Below are positions 20,340 through 29,959 of a stretch of 64,000 nucleotides of DNA, piece by piece. The position numbers and the translations under genes are program-made. The notes beneath the pieces are model-generated. The model saw nothing but the letters and a program-made list of their open reading frames with translations, was not told the DNA's origin and did not search any database. The stretch covers positions 1,540,719 through 1,604,718 of the forward strand of contig CAVPTO010000003.1 in NCBI GenBank assembly GCA_963708675.1. Direction: 5' to 3'. Every line of letters begins with the position of its first letter. The stretch's first letter is position 1. This DNA is from an uncultured Planctomycetota bacterium. Lineage in GTDB: Bacteria > Planctomycetota > Planctomycetia > Pirellulales > PNKZ01.

Positions 20340-22664
20340 CTACTGGCCACAGCAAGGCGACGAGCACGGAGCAGGGCAGCAGCAAGTCGGAACCGGGCAG
20401 CAAACGCAGACCGGAACTTGCTTGCAGACAACCCGCGGGCAGCAGCGAGTGACCGTGTAGGCCACTTGCTTGGGCACGCAGCGAGTGCAGTTCACCGTCT
20501 TGGTGTAATGCACCGGCTTGCAGACCGTGTACGCAACCTGCTTGGTGCACTTCTCGGGCACCATGGTGCAGACCGTGTACGGGCACTGCATGCTCTTGCA
20601 CTCGGCAACCATCTTGCAGCACGTGTAGGTGCACGTCTTGGTGCGTTGCTCGGGGACCATACGGCACACCGTGTAAGTGCACGTCTTGTGGCACTGTTCG
20701 GGGACCATGTGGCAGACCGTGTACGAGCAGGTCTTGGTGCGCTGTTCGGGCACCATGTGGCAGACCGTGTACGTGCAAGTCTTGACGCACTGTTCGGGAA
20801 CCATCTTGCAGACCTTATACGTGCAGGTCTTGGTGCGTTGTTCGGGCACCATGTGGCAGACCGTGTACGTGCAAGTCTTCGTGCGGCACTCGGGCACCAT
20901 GCGGCAGGTGGTGTACGTGCAGGTCTTGTGGCAGACCTCGGGAACCATCTTGCAGCAGGTGTAGGTGCAGGTCTTCTTGCAGACCTCGGGCACCATGTGG
21001 CAGACCTTGTAGGTGCAGGTCTTGTGGCACACTTCCGGCACCATCTTGCAGCAGGTGTAGGTGCAAGTCTTGTGGCAGACTTCGGGCACCATCTTGCAGC
21101 AGGTGTAAGTGCAGGTCTTGTGGCAGACCTCTGGAACCATCTTGCAGACGGTCCAGGTGCAGGTCTTCGTGCGCTGCTCGGGCACCATCTTGCAGACGGT
21201 GTACGGGACGCGCTTCTCGTGGCATTCCTTGACCATATGGCAAACGGTGTAGCAGCAGGTCTTCTTGCAGACCTCGGGAACCATCGTGCACACCGTGTAC
21301 GGGCACTGCTTGACGCAGGTTTCGGCAACCATCTTGCAGCAGTTAATGGTCTGCTGCTTGACTTCCGGAACCCACACTTGCTTGCAGCACTTGATCGACG
21401 GGCACTGGCATTGAACCGTGCGGCACGGTCCGGCCTTGTACACGCAGCGGCAGCAGCAAGGATCCCACACCCAACAACCCGGGTCTTGCACGCAACGAGT
21501 GACTACCGGGCCTGGCTTTTCGCAAACTTGCGTTTCCCAGTGACCGCAGCAGACGTTGATCGTCTTGGTGAAGTGGACGGGCTTGCAGACCGTGTAGCAG
21601 ACGTCGCGAGTCTTCGTCTCATACACGGGCTTGCAGACGGTGTAGCAAATTTCCTTGGTCTTGGTCTCGTACACCGGCTTGCAGGTGGTGTAGTGGCAGA
21701 CCTTTTCGCGAGTCTCGTAGACCGGCTTGCAGACGGTGTAGCAAATGTCTTTACTGCACGTCTCGTAGACGGGCTTGCAGACCGTATAGCAAATGTCCTT
21801 GGTCTTCGTTTCGTAGACCGGCTTGCAGACCGTGTAGCAGATATCCTTGGTCTTGGTCTCGTAGACCGGCTTGCAGACCGTGTAGCAGATATCCTTGGTC
21901 TTCGTCTCCCACACCGGCTTGCAGACCGTGTAGCAGATGTCCTTGGTCTTCGTTTCGTAGACCGGCTTGCAGACGGTGTAGCAAATGTCCTTGGAGTGAG
22001 TCTCGTACACCGGCTTGCACACCGTGTACGGGATTTCCTTGGTGCGGGTCTCGTAGACCGGCTTGCAGACCGTGTAGCAAATGTCCTTTGAGAACGTCTC
22101 CCACACTGGCTTGCACACCGTGTAGCAGATGTTCTTGGTCTTCGTTTCGTAGACCGGCTTGCACACGGTGTAGCAAATGTTCTTGGTCTTTGTTTCGTAG
22201 ACCGGTTTGCAGACCGTGTAGCAGATGTCCTTGGTCTTCGTCTCGTAGACCGGCTTGCAGACCGTGTAGCAGATGTCCTTGCTGAACGTCTCGTACACCG
22301 GCTTGCAGACCGTGTAGTTCACCGTGCGGTATTTGGTCTCGTAGACCGGTTTGCAAACGGTGTACTCACAGGTCTTGTAGCACGTCTCGGCGACGTACTT
22401 CACGCAATCGATCGTCTTCGGCTCGCAGACCGTCTCGTAGCAGGTCTTGTAGCAGGTATAGTTCTGCTGCTCGTAGACCACTTCACGACAGGTCTTCATG
22501 ACTGTGTGGCATTGCTGCCGGCAACATGCGTAGCTGGCCGTATCGCAGCACGCCGATGCACAACACTTGTAACGGGCTGCACCGCACCATGCGGCGTCAG
22601 CTGATGCTGCCGACATGACCGTCAATACGACGGCGAATATCGGCACCCCCAACAGAGATTTCAT
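20340..22664 (-). CDS. secreted Cys-rich YTV-repeat protein (17 + 17 tandem 16-aa repeats)
   Basis: GGAGGA Shine-Dalgarno, then MKSLLGVPIFAVVLTVMSAASADA signal peptide. 17 copies of YTVCKPVYETKTKDIC, then a Cys-rich linker, then 17 copies of (T)YTVCHMVPEQRTKTC. Matches the Pfam YTV repeat family first described in Rhodopirellula. Confidence 0.85.
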   Translation of the reverse strand: MKSLLGVPIFAVVLTVMSAASADAAWCGAARYKCCASACCDTASYACCRQQCHTVMKTCREVVYEQQNYTCYKTCYETVCEPKTIDCVKYVAETCYKTCEYTVCKPVYETKYRTVNYTVCKPVYETFSKDICYTVCKPVYETKTKDICYTVCKPVYETKTKNICYTVCKPVYETKTKNICYTVCKPVWETFSKDICYTVCKPVYETRTKEIPYTVCKPVYETHSKDICYTVCKPVYETKTKDICYTVCKPVWETKTKDICYTVCKPVYETKTKDICYTVCKPVYETKTKDICYTVCKPVYETCSKDICYTVCKPVYETREKVCHYTTCKPVYETKTKEICYTVCKPVYETKTRDVCYTVCKPVHFTKTINVCCGHWETQVCEKPGPVVTRCVQDPGCWVWDPCCCRCVYKAGPCRTVQCQCPSIKCCKQVWVPEVKQQTINCCKMVAETCVKQCPYTVCTMVPEVCKKTCCYTVCHMVKECHEKRVPYTVCKMVPEQRTKTCTWTVCKMVPEVCHKTCTYTCCKMVPEVCHKTCTYTCCKMVPEVCHKTCTYKVCHMVPEVCKKTCTYTCCKMVPEVCHKTCTYTTCRMVPECRTKTCTYTVCHMVPEQRTKTCTYKVCKMVPEQCVKTCTYTVCHMVPEQRTKTCSYTVCHMVPEQCHKTCTYTVCRMVPEQRTKTCTYTCCKMVAECKSMQCPYTVCTMVPEKCTKQVAYTVCKPVHYTKTVNCTRCVPKQVAYTVTRCCPRVVCKQVPVCVCCPVPTCCCPAPCSSPCCGQ
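20487..21302 (-). repeat. coding tandem repeat block B: 17 x 48 bp (xYTVCxMVPExxxKTC)
   Basis: Counted directly from the translation: aa 466-737 of ORF 20340..22697. Confidence 0.9.
21549..22364 (-). repeat. coding tandem repeat block A: 17 x 48 bp (YTVCKPVYETKTKDIC)
   Basis: Counted directly from the translation: aa 112-383 of ORF 20340..22697. Confidence 0.9.
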
Positions 22665-23264
22665 AGTTGTTGCCTCCTCCAAGACATCGCAGTTCACCGG
22701 GCCTGGTTGGAACGGGCGCGTGGGCCCGCTCTTACTAATGAGGTCGTCTTATGCATATGTCGTGCATTAGCCAGCTTGCCCAAGTACCTCATCCATGAAG
22801 AACCTGTTAACGGTTCGGGGCATGTGCAAGCTGTGCATATTGACGCCTCTTATCGAATGCTATCGGACCGCCTGGGCAGCTAGCTTAAGGTGGGAAGCAT
22901 GCATAAATTGAAGATGATCGTGCTCACCAGGTAAGCCAGGCATAGTGCGCTCGCTCATGCCGCGAGTTACGATCCCGCCACGTAAGCCATGAGCGCCGGT
23001 GCCGATGGCCTACGCCCCCCGTTGCACTCGAAGCGATTGTGTCGAATGTGCGGCTTCTAACGGCGAACTTCCGTCGCTTGTCGTGCGAATGCAAATCTTG
23101 GCAGGCCTCGCGTTTGACAGCGCCAACGACGTGACCTACGTACCTTAGCGGGGATTCGTAGCGATCCCGTGTTCGCCCCACTGACCGTCACGGCCAACGG
23201 CCGGTCAGTTCGGTCCCAGGCAGGCGTTGCAAACAGAGCCACACAAAAACGAAGGGTCCGTGCA

Positions 23265-23717
23265 ATGAGTCAGCGTAAAAAGCGCAATGCAGGTTTCACG
23301 TTGGTCGAAGTGCTGATCGTGGTCGTCATCATGGCGATCCTGGCCGCGACCGTTATTCCGCAGTTCTCGAACTCGACGAACGATGCGAAGAGCAGCACCG
23401 CGAAGTTCAACCTGAACACGCTGCGTTCGCAGGTCGAACTCTACAAGTCGCAGCACAACGGTTCGCTGCCCAGCCAGACGCTCGTCGAGCTCACCAGCCA
23501 GACGAACGCGACGGGCACCACCGGAACGGGAACGAACTTCCCCTACGGCCCGTACGTGCAGACGATCCCGGTCAACCCGTACACCAGCAGCAACACTGTT
23601 GTCGCGGCCGGCGCGAACCCGCCGACATCGACGATCAGCGGCGCCGGTTGGTTGTTTGACCTCGGCAGCGGAAAGATCTGGATTAACGACACGACCACGC
23701 CGTTCGCCTCGCAATGA
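23265..23717 (+). CDS. prepilin-type N-terminal cleavage/methylation domain protein (type II secretion / type IV pseudopilin-like)
   Basis: MSQRKKRNAGFTLVEVLIVVVIMAILAATVIPQF has the canonical G|FTLVE prepilin motif. ATG at 23265. Confidence 0.85.
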   Translation: MSQRKKRNAGFTLVEVLIVVVIMAILAATVIPQFSNSTNDAKSSTAKFNLNTLRSQVELYKSQHNGSLPSQTLVELTSQTNATGTTGTGTNFPYGPYVQTIPVNPYTSSNTVVAAGANPPTSTISGAGWLFDLGSGKIWINDTTTPFASQ

Positions 23718-23757
23718 GGCTTCGAGCTAGCACTGTCTGATCCTGGACCGATCATCG

Positions 23758-23797
23758 AAGGCCCTGGCACGAAGCGATTCGCGTCAGGGCCTTTTCG
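23758..23797 (+). terminator. rho-independent terminator after the pseudopilin gene
   Basis: AAGGCCCTG-(18 nt)-CAGGGCCTT followed by TTCGTG, starting 41 nt after the stop. Confidence 0.55.
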
Positions 23798-23826
23798 TGC
23801 GCGCTTCGGAAACGCGGGCACATGTA

Positions 23827-23943
23827 CATAAAGCCGCGACCGGTGGTCGCGCTCCGCGGGCGACGCTCAACGACAAATCGCCATTTCGCATGGAATCTGG
23901 GGAACATCACACGCGGAGCGCGACCACCGGTCGCGGCTTTATG
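23827..23943. repeat. perfect 32-bp inverted repeat pair (REP-like element), 53-nt spacer
   Basis: 23827-23858 CATAAAGCCGCGACCGGTGGTCGCGCTCCGCG is the exact reverse complement of 23912-23943. Each arm holds its own small hairpin, GCGACC-nnn-GGTCGC. Confidence 0.9.
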
Positions 23944-24053
23944 GCACGGCACCCTTCCCTTGTCGTTGTAAGCACAGCCGCGTAAAGTGTTACCGATCAC
24001 TCCCAGGGGCGGCAGACGGTCTCGCGCCGCCACGGCAGGCCGCGACGCGGAAC

Positions 24054-24734
24054 ATGGGCGAAGCCAAAGACAAAACCGACGGTCCGTCTCCCGAGCCTGC
24101 GGTCCCCAAAGCGGTTGTCAGCCGCCTCAGCCTTTATCTCCGCGAGCTTCAGCACTTGGTTCGCGATGGTCACGACACGACCAGCAGCAGCCAACTCGGC
24201 CGAGTCCTCGGCTTCACCGATGCCCAGGTCCGCAAGGATCTCGCCTATTTCGGGCACTTCGGCTACCCAGGCATCGGCTATCGCTGCGAAGAGTTGATTG
24301 CTGCCGTGAAACGCATCCTCGGTACCGACCAGCAATGGCCGGCGGCACTCATCGGGGTCGGCAACCTCGGCCGCGCGCTTTTGGGCTATAAGGGCTTCCA
24401 GCAGCGCGGATTTCGCATCGTGGCGGCGTTCGACCTCGATCCCTCACGCATTGACACGGAAATCGACGGCGTCCATGTGTACCACCTCGACCGCCTTCAG
24501 GAACTCGCAGAAGTCCACACGATTCGGCTCGCGATGCTTGCCGTTCCTTCCGTCGCGGCACAATCGGTGGCCGACCGGCTGGTGAGCGTCGGTGTCGAAG
24601 GGATTCTCAACTTCGCCCCCGTGACGATCTCGCTGCCAGAAAGCGTGAGCTTGATCGGCGTCGACCTCGCCATCGAACTCGAGCAATTGGCGTTCTCCGT
24701 CGCCAAACGCTCGACGCCTCGCCCGATGACGTAG
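24054..24734 (+). CDS. rex: redox-sensing transcriptional repressor Rex
   Basis: VSRLSLYLRELQHLVRDGHDTTSSSQLGRVLGFTDAQVRKDLAYFGHFGYPGIGY...ALIGVGNLGRALLGY: Rex winged helix plus a Rossmann GxGxxG. Confidence 0.9.
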   Translation: MGEAKDKTDGPSPEPAVPKAVVSRLSLYLRELQHLVRDGHDTTSSSQLGRVLGFTDAQVRKDLAYFGHFGYPGIGYRCEELIAAVKRILGTDQQWPAALIGVGNLGRALLGYKGFQQRGFRIVAAFDLDPSRIDTEIDGVHVYHLDRLQELAEVHTIRLAMLAVPSVAAQSVADRLVSVGVEGILNFAPVTISLPESVSLIGVDLAIELEQLAFSVAKRSTPRPMT

Positions 24735-24803
24735 CGTATTCCATCGTAACCGCCACAATTGCTTGCCTCGTCGCGGGTGCCCAACTACGTTGAATCTCCC
24801 GCC

Positions 24804-26360
24804 ATGCATCCCGCTTATCCACGGACGCAGCTTATGTCGTGTTCCTCGCACTTAACTCGCGTTTTCGCGAGCATCGCGCTGTTTGTAGTCGCGCCTGCAC
24901 TGTCGTTCGCTCAAGCTACGAACAAACAGGCGACCGATTCGAAGTATCTCGATGTCGTCCGCCGCTCGGCTGACGCGCTTCTTCGCAATGCGCTCGACAC
25001 GCAAGGCAAGCAAACGTCGGGCATGATTCTGTCGGTGCTCGATCGCAAGACCGCAATGCCGCTGACGAAGCTTCCGAATCCGCCGTCAGGCGTTCGGCGA
25101 GACGATCGCTGTGTTCCCGGCGGCTCGAACATGAACCTTCAACAGGATCTGTGTCGAACGCTGATGCACCTGAGTCGGCTGACGGGTGATCCGCGTTACG
25201 ACAAGGCTGCTCGCGCCGCAATGCTTGATTGCCTGCGTGTGACGCAAAACGAAGTCACCGGCTTCCCCGCATGGGGCGAACACATGTGTTGGAACTGCGT
25301 CGACGACCGGCCGGACACCTTCATCACCGACCGCAAGATTCACGAACCGAAGCGAAAGTTGCTGTTCTTTGATCTGTGGTACGACAACGAGCCACAGCGC
25401 ACGCTTGCCTTCAGCAAAGGACTGTGGGAGCACCAGATTTACGACCACGAAACGGGCAACTTCTGCCGTCACGCGACCTACGACAAGCACGGGCCTCGCA
25501 AGGATCACGACTTCGAAAAAGAGGCGAGCTACTTCATCGATTGCTGGTCGTGCGCTTACGAGAAGACGAAGGATCCCGTCTATCAGCAGGCGATCACGGT
25601 GCTGGCCAATCGCTACATCAACAAGGCCGACCCGAAGACGTTGCTCGTCGAAATCGATTGCTCAGGCGAAGCTGGCCGCGAGAATATGTGCACGACGCTG
25701 TGGCTGATTTCGATGGCCATGGAGGCCGGTCCCGCAGCCGCGAGAATCGATTCCTCTACTCGCGAGATTCTCGAGCAGCTTGCCGCACGGCACGACAAGG
25801 CGTTCCTGTCACTCAAGCATGAAGCGGCCAACCCAGAGCTTGGATTCGTCTGCTACGCCCATCTCGATTCGGGCAAGCCGTATGCCTGGGAGCGAAAGAA
25901 GTCGAACGGCTACTCGCGTCATTGGGTCATGGGCTACGGCATCAATCCGACCTCGATGTTCGGTTTACTCAGCTACGGCCGCCAGTCGCAACTGACCGAC
26001 GAGCGAGCCGCTGCCTATCGACAACTCGTGACGCAAGCCGCGGACGTCTATTGCACGGCGCCTCCCGAGCCCAAAAAGGAAGACATCTGGGCCGGAGAAT
26101 ACGGCATGGCGATCTCGGTTGAGCTCGCGGCCTTCCGCCTCACTGGCGATGCGAAGTATCTGGACCGAGCGCGTCAGTTGGCCGACGACTCGATTGCCGT
26201 GCTTTGGGACAACGGCGCCGTATTGCCGCGGGCGAGCTCGAAGACGAGCCATTACGAATGCATTTCGTACCCCGACATCCTGCTGCTTTCGCTTTTGGCG
26301 CTGCACGAACACACCAACGAGATCGAACCTCTGGTCGAGATCAGCACTCTCAATCGATGA
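24804..26360 (+). CDS. secreted hypothetical protein (possibly an alpha/alpha-toroid carbohydrate-active enzyme; function not established)
   Basis: Signal-like SHLTRVFASIALFVVAPALSFAQ, then a long uninterrupted ORF with balanced composition. I recognise no confident family motif. Confidence 0.6.
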   Translation: MHPAYPRTQLMSCSSHLTRVFASIALFVVAPALSFAQATNKQATDSKYLDVVRRSADALLRNALDTQGKQTSGMILSVLDRKTAMPLTKLPNPPSGVRRDDRCVPGGSNMNLQQDLCRTLMHLSRLTGDPRYDKAARAAMLDCLRVTQNEVTGFPAWGEHMCWNCVDDRPDTFITDRKIHEPKRKLLFFDLWYDNEPQRTLAFSKGLWEHQIYDHETGNFCRHATYDKHGPRKDHDFEKEASYFIDCWSCAYEKTKDPVYQQAITVLANRYINKADPKTLLVEIDCSGEAGRENMCTTLWLISMAMEAGPAAARIDSSTREILEQLAARHDKAFLSLKHEAANPELGFVCYAHLDSGKPYAWERKKSNGYSRHWVMGYGINPTSMFGLLSYGRQSQLTDERAAAYRQLVTQAADVYCTAPPEPKKEDIWAGEYGMAISVELAAFRLTGDAKYLDRARQLADDSIAVLWDNGAVLPRASSKTSHYECISYPDILLLSLLALHEHTNEIEPLVEISTLNR

Positions 26361-26421
26361 GGTCGCAGACGTCGGATAGGCTAGCCAGGCCGCACGAGCC
26401 ATCGCTAGAATGCCCGTCGGA

Positions 26422-26492
26422 TACCCGGTGGTGTAATGGTAACACTGGAGATTTTGGCTCTCCCATTCAAGGTTCGAGTCCTTGCCGGGTAG
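26422..26492 (+). tRNA. tRNA-Gln (anticodon UUG)
   Basis: Cloverleaf folded by hand: acceptor TACCCGG/CCGGGTA (U1-A72, typical of bacterial tRNA-Gln), anticodon arm GGAGA-TTTTGGC-TCTCC, T-arm CAAGG-TTCGAGT-CCTTG. Confidence 0.9.
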
Positions 26493-26534
26493 TTTGTCTT
26501 TGAGAGAACGAGATTCTCGCGAACGCGGAATCGC

Positions 26535-26738
26535 ATGCTGAAGATCGAGATCGACCAGGAAGACGACGGCCGTTGGATCGCCGAGATTCCCGATCTACCG
26601 GGCGTCATGGGCTACGGCAAAACACGCCAAGAGGCGATCGACCGAGTCCAAGCGTTGTCGTTGCGAGTCATGGCAGATCGGCTCGAGCACGGCGAAGCGA
26701 TTCCAGAAATAACCGGTGTGTTCGCGGTCGCTCCATGA
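26535..26738 (+). CDS. hicB: HicB-family antitoxin (UPF0150)
   Basis: MLKIEIDQEDDGRWIAEIPDLPGVMGYGKTRQEAIDRVQALSLRVM... is the HicB N-terminal fold. Its stop overlaps the hicA start (ATGA). Confidence 0.8.
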   Translation: MLKIEIDQEDDGRWIAEIPDLPGVMGYGKTRQEAIDRVQALSLRVMADRLEHGEAIPEITGVFAVAP

Positions 26739-26946
26739 CATCATGGCGTTCGACGAAAGCGCGACAAGTTCTCGCGGCGCTTCTGCGAATCGGATGGTCT
26801 GTGAACGTCAATCGGGATCGCATCGAACACTCGAACGCGATGGTTGGCCGAATTACGTGTTTGCGTTTCACGACAACGAAGAACTCGGCCCGCGGATTCT
26901 TGCCCGAATCGCGAAGCGAACTGGTTTAATGCCCGACGACGTGTAA
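26735..26946 (+). pseudogene. hicA: HicA-family toxin with an apparent 1-nt frameshift at about 26804
   Basis: Frame A: MTSWRSTKARQVLAALLRIGWSV.... Frame B: ...(E)RQSGSHRTLERDGWPNYVFAFHDNEELGPRILARIAKRTGLMPDDV*. Changing GTGAACGT to GTGAAACGT restores a typical HicA of about 70 aa. Confidence 0.75.
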
Positions 26947-26975
26947 CCGCCGGACCCACCCAAGGAACTCTTGTC

Positions 26976-27806
26976 ATGCAAGTCGCGTGCTTCGCGAAAA
27001 GCTTTCAGGACATGCCGTTCGACGCGTTTTGTCGCGCGGCGTATGAGATCGGCTTCGAGGGGATCGATCTCACGGTCCGCAAGGGCGGCGTTATCGAGCC
27101 AGCCAACGTCGCGACCGAGTTGCCCGGCGCTGCCGACACGATTCACAAGGCCGGCCTGAAGTTCTTCTTCCTCACGACAGACCTCACCGAGGCTGATGAC
27201 ACAGCCGACCGTGTGCTCGGAGCAGCGGCGCAGCTCGGCGTCGATCGCGTGAAACTCGGTTATTATCGCTATGTGCCCTTCGGGACATTGAAGAAGCAAC
27301 TGGCCGACGCGCGTCCTAAGATCGCCGGCGTCGCGAAGCTCGCGAAGAAGCATGGCATTCTGCCCTGCGTTCACACCCATTCGGGCACCTATTTGTCGTC
27401 ACACGGTACGCTGCTTTACGAGCTCATCAAGGACATGCCGCCGGACGAAGTCGGCGCGTACGTCGACCCGTATCACATGACGCTCGAAGGCGGAAACGCC
27501 GGCTGGCAACAAGGGCTCGATCTACTCGCGCCGTGGATCGCTCTCGTCGCGGTGAAGAACTTTGCCTGGGTGCAAGGCGAACGCGACAAGACCGGCCAAC
27601 AGCGGTGGCACACGCAGACGGTGCCGGTCGCCGACGGCGTGGCGCCGTTGCCGAACTTCTTCGCGATGCTCAAGAAGATTGGCTACGATGGAACGTACTC
27701 GCTGCACAGCGAGTACAAAGGCTCGCACACGTTCAAGGACTTGTCGACGGACGAGTGCCTGAAACAAACGGCCACCGACCTCAAGTACTTCCACTCCATC
27801 GTTTGA
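26976..27806 (+). CDS. sugar phosphate isomerase/epimerase (xylose isomerase-like TIM barrel)
   Basis: MQVACFAKSFQDMPFDAFCRAAYEIGFEGIDLTVRKGG...CVHTHSGTYL...DPYHM matches the AP-endonuclease-2/XylA-like TIM family. Confidence 0.75.
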   Translation: MQVACFAKSFQDMPFDAFCRAAYEIGFEGIDLTVRKGGVIEPANVATELPGAADTIHKAGLKFFFLTTDLTEADDTADRVLGAAAQLGVDRVKLGYYRYVPFGTLKKQLADARPKIAGVAKLAKKHGILPCVHTHSGTYLSSHGTLLYELIKDMPPDEVGAYVDPYHMTLEGGNAGWQQGLDLLAPWIALVAVKNFAWVQGERDKTGQQRWHTQTVPVADGVAPLPNFFAMLKKIGYDGTYSLHSEYKGSHTFKDLSTDECLKQTATDLKYFHSIV

Positions 27807-28496
27807 TTGCCACTCGTGTTTCGCATCAAGATTTGCGGCATAACAACGGTTTCCGATGCTCGCTCGGCCGTCGAAGCAGGTGCCGACGCGATCGGCCTGA
27901 ACTTCTTCCGTGGCAGCCCGCGCTATGTGACGTTCGACGTAGCTCGCGAGATCGCCGCGGCGCTGCCCCCGGGCGTGGCGAAGGTTGGGTTGTTTGTGAA
28001 CGCCTCGCCGGCCGAAATCCGCAGCGTGGCCGAAGCGCTCGAGCTCGATTACGTCCAACTCCACGGCGACGAACCGCCAGAGCATCTTGCGGCCCTCACG
28101 GGATTAGCCGTCATGCGAGCGTTCCGCTTGGGCCCCGACGGCCTGACCAGCGTGTCGCTCTATCTGCGAACCTGCGGCGAACTTGGCGCGTTGCCACAAT
28201 ATGTCCTTCTCGATGCCATGAAGCCCGGACAATACGGTGGCACCGGGGCGACTTTCGATTGGCAACGAGCAATCGATTATCTCGGCTTGCCGAACGTTCC
28301 ACCGCTCGTTCTCGCCGGCGGACTCACCCACCAGAACGTGGCCGACGCGATCGCTATCGTTCGGCCGTCGGCAGTCGACACGGCCAGTGGAGTAGAGTCG
28401 TCACCCGGCCGCAAGGATGTGGCTCGCATGATGCGATTCGTCGCCATGGCTCGCTCGGCATTCGAGGCGTGTGAAACGGCAGCGAATCGGACCTAG
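27807..28496 (+). CDS. trpF: phosphoribosylanthranilate isomerase
   Basis: FRIKICGITTVSDARSAVEAGADAIGLNFFRGSPRYV...VQLHGDE...GGTGATFDW...LAGGL. Non-ATG start (TTG 27807, or GTG 27816). Confidence 0.85.
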   Translation: MPLVFRIKICGITTVSDARSAVEAGADAIGLNFFRGSPRYVTFDVAREIAAALPPGVAKVGLFVNASPAEIRSVAEALELDYVQLHGDEPPEHLAALTGLAVMRAFRLGPDGLTSVSLYLRTCGELGALPQYVLLDAMKPGQYGGTGATFDWQRAIDYLGLPNVPPLVLAGGLTHQNVADAIAIVRPSAVDTASGVESSPGRKDVARMMRFVAMARSAFEACETAANRT

Positions 28497-28633
28497 CACC
28501 CCGTCGCTGCCCCATTGCCAGCCGAAGCGGGTAGGCCTATCATCTTTTCCGTCGTCCCAGAGGGATCGGCACCTGGCCCGCAGAGCCTCTCGCCGCCGAG
28601 AATCGTTTTCTTTCCAACGAGGAGTTTACACAG

Positions 28634-29956
28634 GTGGCACAAGTCGAAACGAAACTGCCGTACAAAGTCGCCGACCTCTCGCTGGCCGACTGGGGCCGCA
28701 AAGAGATCATGCTGGCCGAAAACGAGATGCCAGGCCTCATGGCCTTGCGTCGCAAGTACGGGCCGCAGAAGCCGTTACAAGGCGCGCGCATCGCTGGCTG
28801 CCTGCACATGACGATCCAAACGGCCGTGCTCATCGAGACGCTGCAAGAGCTCGGTGCCCAGGTCACCTGGAGCAGCTGCAACATCTTCTCGACGCAGGAC
28901 CACGCGGCCGCCGCGATGGCCAAGGCTGGCGTCCCCGTTTACGCCTGGAAGGGTCAGAACAACGAAGAATTCGACTGGTGCATCGAGCAAACGCTCTTCT
29001 TCCCCGACGGCCAGCCGCTGAACATGATTCTCGACGACGGTGGCGACCTGACCAACATGGTCCACGACAAGTATCCCGAGCTGCTCACCGGCATTCGTGG
29101 CCTGTCGGAGGAGACGACCACCGGCGTTCACCGCCTCTATCAACGCCTGCAACAGGGGACGCTCAAGGTTCCCGCCATCAACGTCAACGACTCGGTCACG
29201 AAGAGCAAGTTCGACAACCTTTACGGCTGTCGCGAGTCGCTGGCCGACGGCATCAAGCGCGCGACCGACGTGATGATTGCCGGCAAGGTGGCGGTCGTCG
29301 CTGGCTACGGCGATGTCGGCAAGGGATGCGCTCACTCGCTGCAACGGTACGGCGCACGCGTCATCATCACCGAGGTCGATCCGATCATCGCGCTGCAAGC
29401 GGCGATGGAAGGCTTCCAAGTGATGACGATGGAAGACGCCGCGCCGCTCGGCAACATTTTCGTCACCACGACCGGTTGCTGTGACATCATCCGCGGCGAT
29501 CACTTGTTGGCGATGAAGAACGATGCCATCGTCTGCAACATCGGCCACTTCGATATCGAGATCGACGTTGCATGGCTCGACGGCCAGGTGAAGTCGGGGA
29601 AGGCGAAGAAGACGGTCATCAAGCCGCAAGTCGATCGCTACACGCTCTCGACCGGCCGCAGCATTCTGCTGCTCGCCGAAGGTCGTCTCGTGAACCTCGG
29701 CTGCGCGACGGGCCATCCGTCGTTCGTCATGAGCAACTCGTTCACCAACCAGGTCATGGCGCAGATCGCGCTGTGGACCGAGACCGACAAGTTCGATCTC
29801 GGCGTGCACATGTTGCCCAAGAAGCTCGACGAGGAAGTGGCTCGGCTGCACCTGGACCAGCTCGGCGTGAAGCTCACAAAGCTGACGCCGAAGCAGTCGC
29901 AATACCTCGGAATCTCTCCCGAAGGTCCGTACAAGCCCGAGCACTATCGGTACTAG
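28634..29956 (+). CDS. ahcY: adenosylhomocysteinase
   Basis: [30 protein letters not shown]...[20 protein letters not shown]...[17 protein letters not shown] Shine-Dalgarno precedes GTG 28634. Confidence 0.95.
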   Translation: MAQVETKLPYKVADLSLADWGRKEIMLAENEMPGLMALRRKYGPQKPLQGARIAGCLHMTIQTAVLIETLQELGAQVTWSSCNIFSTQDHAAAAMAKAGVPVYAWKGQNNEEFDWCIEQTLFFPDGQPLNMILDDGGDLTNMVHDKYPELLTGIRGLSEETTTGVHRLYQRLQQGTLKVPAINVNDSVTKSKFDNLYGCRESLADGIKRATDVMIAGKVAVVAGYGDVGKGCAHSLQRYGARVIITEVDPIIALQAAMEGFQVMTMEDAAPLGNIFVTTTGCCDIIRGDHLLAMKNDAIVCNIGHFDIEIDVAWLDGQVKSGKAKKTVIKPQVDRYTLSTGRSILLLAEGRLVNLGCATGHPSFVMSNSFTNQVMAQIALWTETDKFDLGVHMLPKKLDEEVARLHLDQLGVKLTKLTPKQSQYLGISPEGPYKPEHYRY

Positions 29957-29959
29957 CCA

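Noticed and set aside
20418-22091. 557-aa + strand ORF with (L/V)ADRVA-type repeats (for example HRLADRVADVLGLRFVDRLADRVADIL), opposite the YTV gene
   Set aside because: It is the antisense shadow of the 48-bp coding repeats. It is low-complexity (Leu/Ala/Arg/Gly/His) with no start context. The minus-strand gene has a signal peptide, a Shine-Dalgarno and a terminator.
20487-22364. Regular 48-bp periodicity that could be mistaken for a CRISPR array
   Set aside because: There are no unique spacers between repeats. The units are contiguous, in one long ORF, and encode a coherent 16-aa repeat protein.
24759-24803. Upstream extension of the 24.8-26.4 kb secreted protein ORF, and possible Rex operator sites near rex
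   Set aside because: The extension lacks a signal-peptide context, so ATG 24804 is preferred. I saw no TTGTGAA-N6-TTCACAA-like Rex box in the flanking intergenic regions.
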